Positions 57,698-64,000 of a stretch of 64,000 nt of DNA are shown here, one piece after another. Both the position numbers and the translations under genes were made by a program. Numbering within the stretch: position 1 is the stretch's first letter; every line of letters begins with the position of its first letter. The stretch is taken from positions 4,620,483 through 4,684,482 of the forward strand of contig SMSO01000032.1 of NCBI GenBank assembly GCA_004764695.1, in the 5' to 3' direction. This DNA comes from Schizochytrium sp. TIO01. Its lineage: Eukaryota; Protista; Bigyra: Labyrinthulomycetes. The notes under the pieces are model-generated. The model was given only the letters and a program-made list of their open reading frames with translations. It did not search any database and was not told where the DNA came from.

Positions 57698-57705
57698 TAT
57701 ATAAA
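57698..57705 (+). promoter_or_regulatory. Putative TATA box (TATATAAA)
   Basis: Lies ~90 nt upstream of ATG 57792. Confidence 0.45.
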
Positions 57706-57791
57706 GACTAAACATCTAAACAGATATAGACAGCTTTCGCCAGCGGCTGAGCAGCAGGAGCCGCTCGGGAGGCCGCTTCGCCGGCGCCATC

Positions 57792-60700
57792 ATGCCGCGG
57801 AAGAAGTCGTACGCGCTGCCGGGACGCACGCAGCCGCGGAGGCAGGCGCGCGCAGCAGCCGCCGCCGCGACGGCGGCGCTTGCGGAGGCTGCTCGCGGGC
57901 CCCGGCGGGGCGCTGCCACCTTGGACGACGGCAACAGCGACGGCAACAGCGACGGCAAGAACGATGCCAAGAGCGGCAATGAGGATGTTCAAAGCGATGC
58001 TCAGAGCGACGGCAACAGCGAAAGCAACGAGGGTAAAAGTGGCAGGCAGAGGGCCGCGAAAAAGACCAGCAGCAGCAGGGCCACAAGAAGCAGGAGCAGC
58101 AGGAGCAGGAGCAGCAGGAGCAGGAGCAGGAGCGGAGCGGCCTCGAGCGCAGCCGGTGCACGCGCCGGGAGGTCAGGATCGTCACACAAGGCGCGAGAAG
58201 GGAAACCGGACGGGGCCCCAAGCGTCCAGCAGGCGGTGGCAGCAGCACTTGCGGAGGTAAGCGCAGACCCGAGGGACGAGGTTGGCGCGGGAGAAGCAGC
58301 GCTGCTGGGACTCCGTTCCAACGTTGCGAGGCAAGAAGAGATCACAGAGGAGGAGCTTGCCGAGGAGGAGGAGCTTATGGAAAGAGACAAAGCTGGGGAG
58401 AGAGTGCACACACTTGACAACTTTGCGGTCTACGATGAAGACGGACATCTGGTGGACCTCAGGGATGTCTGGCTCATGCCGGGACTTATGGAGGACCTCA
58501 CCGTGTATGGCACTGTAGTGGCGCCTTTAAGGTTTAAGGGAACTCAGCTGGTTAGGACACCAAGGCCTGCTCCAACGAAGAACTCGTGTCACGAACAGGT
58601 AATCGAAATGTTGGACTCTAAGCTCATGCGTATTGCAGCCTCTGGAAAAAAACTGGCTGGGTACAACAGTGGTAGCCATGGGACCAGGTCTGGAACGCAC
58701 AACTCCTCTTCATCTTCAGCAGCAGCAACATCGTCTGCAGGAGGGTCAAACTCGGGGTCTAAGTCAGCGATTAAAGTTCCACATTTTGACCCTTCGCTGT
58801 CGAGGGATGCTGCGTTCGAACAAGCGAGGAAACTCACTCAGGCCACAACTGTACCATTCACGGTAGGAGGCATCACCGTGCTGGATTTAGGAGAAATTCA
58901 CCTCGACCGCAAGTACTACTCCTCGAAACATCTCTTCCCTGTAGGGTACAGGTCACAAAGACAGTACACATGCGCCGTGTCGCCCACAGAAAAGGCTGTT
59001 TACACGAGCGAGATCCTTGAGGGCGTAGAGGGACCTCGCTTCCGCGTAACGCATGAGAACGGAGATCTTTCATGGGAAGAAGCTTCTTCATCTGCGGTCT
59101 GGCTCCAGGTTCTCAGACACGTCAACGACTGCAAGGTTCGCAATGGACTTCCAGCAAAAGGCACTGCCATTTCGGGACCCGAAATGTTTGGTTTTGCTAA
59201 TGCAAAGATTGCTAGTGTTCTCGAGGGACTCGATGGCGTGCCCAACTGCACCAATTACACCTTTCGAGCAACCCGGGGTGGTGGATATGGTGGCATGCAC
59301 ACTCGTAACCGGCGCCTTGATGAGTTAGACGGCAGTGGGCAGGGAGAGGCATACTATGAGGATGCTAGTGTTGCTGGTGATGATAACGCCAGCACTGTAG
59401 ACGCGGGTAACAGACGTAAGAGTCGCAGTCGTGCATCTATTGCTAGTATTACGCGCAAGCCCAAGACCATGACGGTCAAGGATACACAGTACATCACGCG
59501 TGCTGGTGCACAACTCCAGGATCTTCAAGAAAAGGAAGTTAAGGGGCTCCGTGTTCTCCTTAAGAAACTTGCCACGTGCAATGTCAACGCCGACCTTCTT
59601 CATGACACTGGTGCCGCAAAGGTTCTTAAGCGCCTCCGCAAACACCCAGACAAGAAGATTGCACATGTTGCAAAGGAAATTGTTCGTGCTTGGAAGTCCA
59701 AGGGTGACAAGGAAACTACGAAAAAGGACATCGCCATTGTCACAGATTGCTGTGCCAAGATCATTACCTTTATTGGCCTCGGACCCGATGAGAAGATGCA
59801 AGACGCTGTAGCAGAAAAGTATGTGAAAAATGCACGCGGCGCGCAGCGCAAGAAGATCTTTGAATTTCTTGTTCGCCTTGACCGCATCAAGTTTGTTGAT
59901 ACAGAAACCCTGATATCTACAAACATGGGCAAAACTATTGGACGCCTTCGCAAACACCTTGATCCAGATATTTGCGCGCTCGCTCTTAACATCAAGGAGC
60001 GCTGGCAGCGTCAGCTTAAGGACCCCGATGGCGAGCAGTACGTACCCTCGCCGGCGCAACTTATGACCTTTAAGGACTTCGGCGCAGGTAACGGTTTGTC
60101 TTCATCTCAGGACGCGGAGGGGTCCGCGGCCAACCACGATGACGACGATAATGACATTCATGACGATGACGATGACAATGACAACCATGCAACAAGTAAC
60201 TCTAGTAAAGATGCCAAAACTCATAGCAAGCGGAGCCGCAGCAGACGCGCCAACGGTAACCACAACTACAATGAAGATGACAATGAGAATGATTTTGATG
60301 ACCACGGTGACGAAGAGGATGACTCCAAGTCACAAGCCATGGATATCGACACTCCAGCTGCGAACAGTAAGAGTTCTAAGAAACGCAAGCGTGGAAGCAA
60401 TGCTGCCAGCACTCCGGTTGAGGTCGACCCAGAAACGAAGGAGGAGGACAACTTGCGCGCACGCAAGCGTGCACGCCGTTCAAAGAACCCTGGCAAAGAC
60501 TCTCTATTGAAGAAGGTATCCAACTTCGACTCTGAGGAAATGACCAAGGCCATCCTTGCACGTGACCGCCAACGTGTGAAAATTACAAGGGTTACCCGGG
60601 TTAGCATGACACTCTCCTATGGCGACCCCACCCTCTGGCTTGAAACCGAGAATGCCCGGTACCGACTTGCAGGCTCTAACGTCCCTGTCACACCTGCCGT

Positions 60701-63700
60701 TCACTATGCTGACACCTTTGCTCATGTTTGGAAGATCTTCGAGGCTTGCCATCGCTTTCTCCACATCATTGACATGTGTGAACGTACCAGAGATCTAAAC
60801 TCAATTCTCCTTGAAGCTACACAAGATATCACTCGCGAAATGCCTCGTCGCAAAGCCTTCAAGGATGGCGATGAAAGTGCGGAATCCGAGTTTGAGGAGA
60901 ATTCGGTTCAACTCACAGAGGCTGATATCCTGGAGTGCACTTATTATATTGTGGAGGAACTTCACCGCATGCTTGCTAATGAACCGGAGCGAATTCCCAA
61001 GGTTCTCCAGATGAAAGCTATGAATGACTTCATTACACGTGGTCTTCACGATATGGACCGGTCTACACGCAATTACATCAAACGCGAACGCCTTCGCATC
61101 CTAGAAGAGGCTAAGGAGGCTAGCAAAACAGAGAAGCAGCGTGAGCGTGATGCGCAGCGCCGCGAGCTTGAGCAACGTCGCATGATAGAAAATGGCGTTG
61201 GTCTCCCTGATGATCTTGAGGTTGTTGAGGAGGATCTTGAACGCGAGGCTTCTGGCGAGAAGATTGCCTCAGCCTATGTCGCTGCCCTTGCTGAAAAGGA
61301 GGCTCAGACGATTCGTCCGGTGCCCCGTTTTATGCCCTGCGACCCAGCCTTTGTAGAATTTGACCACCTGCTTCAATATGAATTTATCTCAGCAGACTCT
61401 GAGGGCAACTTCAAGCACTCGGATCTAGGATGTTGGGCTGGCGCTAAACCTGGCACTTTTAATGTGGAGGGCATGCGCTTCGCCATGATGCTTCAGCTCT
61501 GGAGCACTATGCGTACAATCTTGTACAATATGGATAATACTTTCATTGACCGCGATGCTTTCGCGCAGGAAAGCTTTGCTATCTTCCGCGAGAGGTTTGC
61601 CAAGTCCGGTGCGGATGATATTTGTATGGCTCTTGTGAAATACCTTTGCGACCAGGGCGGCAGCGAGGATGACCCTAGTTCTCGTGCTGGCAACCGCATT
61701 GTATATGGTGTTGAAGACACTGCCGGCATCTCCACGCGCCGAGGACGTAGCCATCGCAAACAGATTCAGCTTGCTGGTCATGACGCCGCTGTACCTTCGT
61801 ATCCGTACAACAGTGACGAACTTTGGCCTGCTCCTTCAAGCATGATCAATGAGATTGCGTGGCCAGAAATTGCACGGCGAATGCTATTACACCAGCTCCG
61901 TACGGATGAAGATCTTTACCTTGCTTGGCAGTTCAATCCTGACAACCAGCACCCGGGACAGCCACCGCGCAAGCACCGCGAACTCACTCATGCCTGTCTA
62001 GACTTTGAGCCTGACCTTCTCAGCACCTGTGACGAATTGCTCATGGAAATTATGGATGACCAGTCTAGCCCACCATTTTGTGTTCCTGTGGACCCTAAAA
62101 TTCATGATGCCCCGAATTATTTTGAAATCATCAAGAGGCCTATGGATCTGGACACCATCCGTAAGCGAATGCACAATGGCCACTACGACCCAGAGAACGC
62201 GCCTGAAGGCAATCGTTATCAGGAGGTTGTTGATTGGCGTCGTGGTACCACTTCAACTGATGACGATGAAGAGGATGGTGCTAGCCAACGCATAGGTGCT
62301 GCTACACCCGCTCCTGAAGAGGATGTTGACCCTGAAGACGTAGAAGTGGATGTTGATGGAGAAGACGACAAGCCCATTGTTGAAGATCTGACTACCATGG
62401 ACGCTCGTCTCTACGAATTCGACTGTCTTGGCGGTGGCCACGAAGGTGTTGCCGCAGATGTACGTCAGGTTTTTCGTAACTGCCGACGCTTCAATAAATC
62501 GCACACAAAACTGTACAACGACGCACGTAAACTTGATGGTATGTTTGCAAGGGTATACGAAGACCGTGTGATTCGCCGTGATCCTAAGTACCGCCCTCCA
62601 CCTATTGTTGTGCTACCACCTGCAGACGCTGATGGTGCAAACGGAGATGGGAACGCAGAAGTCACCTCTCCTATGGCGGCTCTCAAGCTGCGTCGAGGTA
62701 ATAAGTTTGTTGATGTCGACAAGGCCGAAAACACCAAAGAATACGCAGGTCCTTTCCAAAAGGGTATTCCTATCCTTCAGGAGGCTCTCCTCTCTTTGAA
62801 TCAGTATGGAGACTACAGTCTTCTTTCCGTTGATGAAAAGTTGCGAATTGCAACTGCTCTGACCGATATGGCGATGGACACAAGGGCTATGCGGAGCTCA
62901 ATCCAGCTTCGCATCGAAGAGTTGCACCGTCTTAGCCGCGAACAGCAGCAGGTACAGCGTGATGTACAGCGCGCTGAAAAGGACTTGACAGATGCTTCTG
63001 ACCAGACGCATTCTCGTAAGGAGGAGCTTGAGGCTACTCGTATTGAGCTCGAGCGCCAAATTAGGGAACGTGCCATTCGCCTCGAGCCCGTGGGATTTGA
63101 TCGCCATTTTAACCGATACTGGGCCTTTGATGCCTTAGCTTTACCTGTTGTCTTTGTAGAAATTGCACGTACTGGTGCCTGGGGTGTGCTTTGGTCTGCT
63201 GATGAGGTGAAACAGCTGCTGGCATCTCTGGATATTCGTGGTGCGCGAGAAAATGCTCTGCACCGTGCACTTTCTGATCTCTGGGCCTCATACCTGCGCG
63301 ACCAAGCAGAGGCGCAGCAGGAATACTCTGAAGGCCGTATTTCCGAGTACATTAAGGGTAAAGTAGAGTCTAATGATGGCGTCTCGCGCGTAGTGAAGCT
63401 TGCTCAAATTCAGCTTGAAGAGGCTGAAAAGCGACTGGAGGAGGCTGCTGAGGCGGCTAAAATTTGGCGCAAGGTCGAGACTGAAGATGGGCGAGCATAC
63501 TATTACCATGTGGATACTCGTGAGACTACTTGGGATGTCCCGGAACTTCATAAAGCAGAAGACGAAGAAAAACTGAAGGTCGAAGAATGCCGTGCCAACG
63601 TCGAAAAAGCAAAGGAGGATCCTGAAGAGGCTTTGGAGGCCCTGACTCAAGATCTGATGAATGACAACCTGCTCATCCATGCATTGGCTACAGATGCTCC

Positions 63701-64000
63701 TGAAATTGGTGGTGGCGTGGCTCTTACAGCAGATGACCTTCATCAGGAAGAAGTTACCTTTCTCAACAAGGCCCGTGTTAATGGATTTATTCAGCGTGTT
63801 CTTCATCTTGTTGCTGGACTCCTAGCTCTGGAGTCCCTGACGGTCGGCCATGGCGCAAACCCCAATCTCTCTTGCAGAAAGGACGAATGGCTGGGCCGAG
63901 ATCAACAGACTATTTGGTTCAACAAGACCAAAGATATCATCAAAATCTTGGAAGGCATCGAGAATGACCCCAACCCCGCTTGGGTGCAAATTCGCAGTAT
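57792..64000 (+). CDS. Large BAZ/MBD9-like chromatin protein (RFTS-like, FYRN/FYRC, two TFIIS-N, DDT-like, bromodomain, WHIM1, WSD, WW); runs off the right edge
   Basis: Hand translation from ATG 57792 (MPRKKSY) is open to the window end. FYR: LFPVGYRSQRQY...ISGPEMFGF. Bromodomain: PFCVPVDP...NYFEIIKRPMDLDTI...FRNCRRFN. WSD: RLEPVGFDRHFNRYW...LDIRGARENAL. WW: WRKVETEDGRAYYYHVDTRETTWDVP. Confidence 0.92.
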   Translation, partial: MPRKKSYALPGRTQPRRQARAAAAAATAALAEAARGPRRGAATLDDGNSDGNSDGKNDAKSGNEDVQSDAQSDGNSESNEGKSGRQRAAKKTSSSRATRSRSSRSRSSRSRSRSGAASSAAGARAGRSGSSHKAREGKPDGAPSVQQAVAAALAEVSADPRDEVGAGEAALLGLRSNVARQEEITEEELAEEEELMERDKAGERVHTLDNFAVYDEDGHLVDLRDVWLMPGLMEDLTVYGTVVAPLRFKGTQLVRTPRPAPTKNSCHEQVIEMLDSKLMRIAASGKKLAGYNSGSHGTRSGTHNSSSSSAAATSSAGGSNSGSKSAIKVPHFDPSLSRDAAFEQARKLTQATTVPFTVGGITVLDLGEIHLDRKYYSSKHLFPVGYRSQRQYTCAVSPTEKAVYTSEILEGVEGPRFRVTHENGDLSWEEASSSAVWLQVLRHVNDCKVRNGLPAKGTAISGPEMFGFANAKIASVLEGLDGVPNCTNYTFRATRGGGYGGMHTRNRRLDELDGSGQGEAYYEDASVAGDDNASTVDAGNRRKSRSRASIASITRKPKTMTVKDTQYITRAGAQLQDLQEKEVKGLRVLLKKLATCNVNADLLHDTGAAKVLKRLRKHPDKKIAHVAKEIVRAWKSKGDKETTKKDIAIVTDCCAKIITFIGLGPDEKMQDAVAEKYVKNARGAQRKKIFEFLVRLDRIKFVDTETLISTNMGKTIGRLRKHLDPDICALALNIKERWQRQLKDPDGEQYVPSPAQLMTFKDFGAGNGLSSSQDAEGSAANHDDDDNDIHDDDDDNDNHATSNSSKDAKTHSKRSRSRRANGNHNYNEDDNENDFDDHGDEEDDSKSQAMDIDTPAANSKSSKKRKRGSNAASTPVEVDPETKEEDNLRARKRARRSKNPGKDSLLKKVSNFDSEEMTKAILARDRQRVKITRVTRVSMTLSYGDPTLWLETENARYRLAGSNVPVTPAVHYADTFAHVWKIFEACHRFLHIIDMCERTRDLNSILLEATQDITREMPRRKAFKDGDESAESEFEENSVQLTEADILECTYYIVEELHRMLANEPERIPKVLQMKAMNDFITRGLHDMDRSTRNYIKRERLRILEEAKEASKTEKQRERDAQRRELEQRRMIENGVGLPDDLEVVEEDLEREASGEKIASAYVAALAEKEAQTIRPVPRFMPCDPAFVEFDHLLQYEFISADSEGNFKHSDLGCWAGAKPGTFNVEGMRFAMMLQLWSTMRTILYNMDNTFIDRDAFAQESFAIFRERFAKSGADDICMALVKYLCDQGGSEDDPSSRAGNRIVYGVEDTAGISTRRGRSHRKQIQLAGHDAAVPSYPYNSDELWPAPSSMINEIAWPEIARRMLLHQLRTDEDLYLAWQFNPDNQHPGQPPRKHRELTHACLDFEPDLLSTCDELLMEIMDDQSSPPFCVPVDPKIHDAPNYFEIIKRPMDLDTIRKRMHNGHYDPENAPEGNRYQEVVDWRRGTTSTDDDEEDGASQRIGAATPAPEEDVDPEDVEVDVDGEDDKPIVEDLTTMDARLYEFDCLGGGHEGVAADVRQVFRNCRRFNKSHTKLYNDARKLDGMFARVYEDRVIRRDPKYRPPPIVVLPPADADGANGDGNAEVTSPMAALKLRRGNKFVDVDKAENTKEYAGPFQKGIPILQEALLSLNQYGDYSLLSVDEKLRIATALTDMAMDTRAMRSSIQLRIEELHRLSREQQQVQRDVQRAEKDLTDASDQTHSRKEELEATRIELERQIRERAIRLEPVGFDRHFNRYWAFDALALPVVFVEIARTGAWGVLWSADEVKQLLASLDIRGARENALHRALSDLWASYLRDQAEAQQEYSEGRISEYIKGKVESNDGVSRVVKLAQIQLEEAEKRLEEAAEAAKIWRKVETEDGRAYYYHVDTRETTWDVPELHKAEDEEKLKVEECRANVEKAKEDPEEALEALTQDLMNDNLLIHALATDAPEIGGGVALTADDLHQEEVTFLNKARVNGFIQRVLHLVAGLLALESLTVGHGANPNLSCRKDEWLGRDQQTIWFNKTKDIIKILEGIENDPNPAWVQIRS

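Noticed and set aside
57716-63806. Many short track ORFs on both strands
   Set aside because: All overlap the single long plus-strand frame starting at 57792.

Overview
Eukaryotic nuclear DNA with intron-poor genes and microsatellite-rich spacers. The style suggests a thraustochytrid/labyrinthulomycete stramenopile (inference). I can support about 13 protein genes: a truncated IQ-motif protein (absent from the ORF track), a 1311-aa Dug3-like amidotransferase/WD40/Dug2-like M20 fusion, Nup155, asparagine synthetase, a membrane-anchored rhamnose mutarotase, mitochondrial S1, bystin, a signal-peptide CULT+MRH protein, an EBP/EXPERA protein, cytochrome c peroxidase, a DUF6940-like protein, two hypotheticals, and a >2000-aa chromatin protein that runs off the right edge (also absent from the track). 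Two identical tRNA-Arg(ACG) genes converge on a highly structured ~450-nt island with TATA and oligo-T signals, a candidate unannotated ncRNA. The best candidates for new biology are the single-chain DUG glutathione-degradation fusion, this tRNA-flanked RNA, and two nested domain architectures (split RFTS; MRH inside CULT). All domain calls come from recognising motifs by eye; no searches were run.
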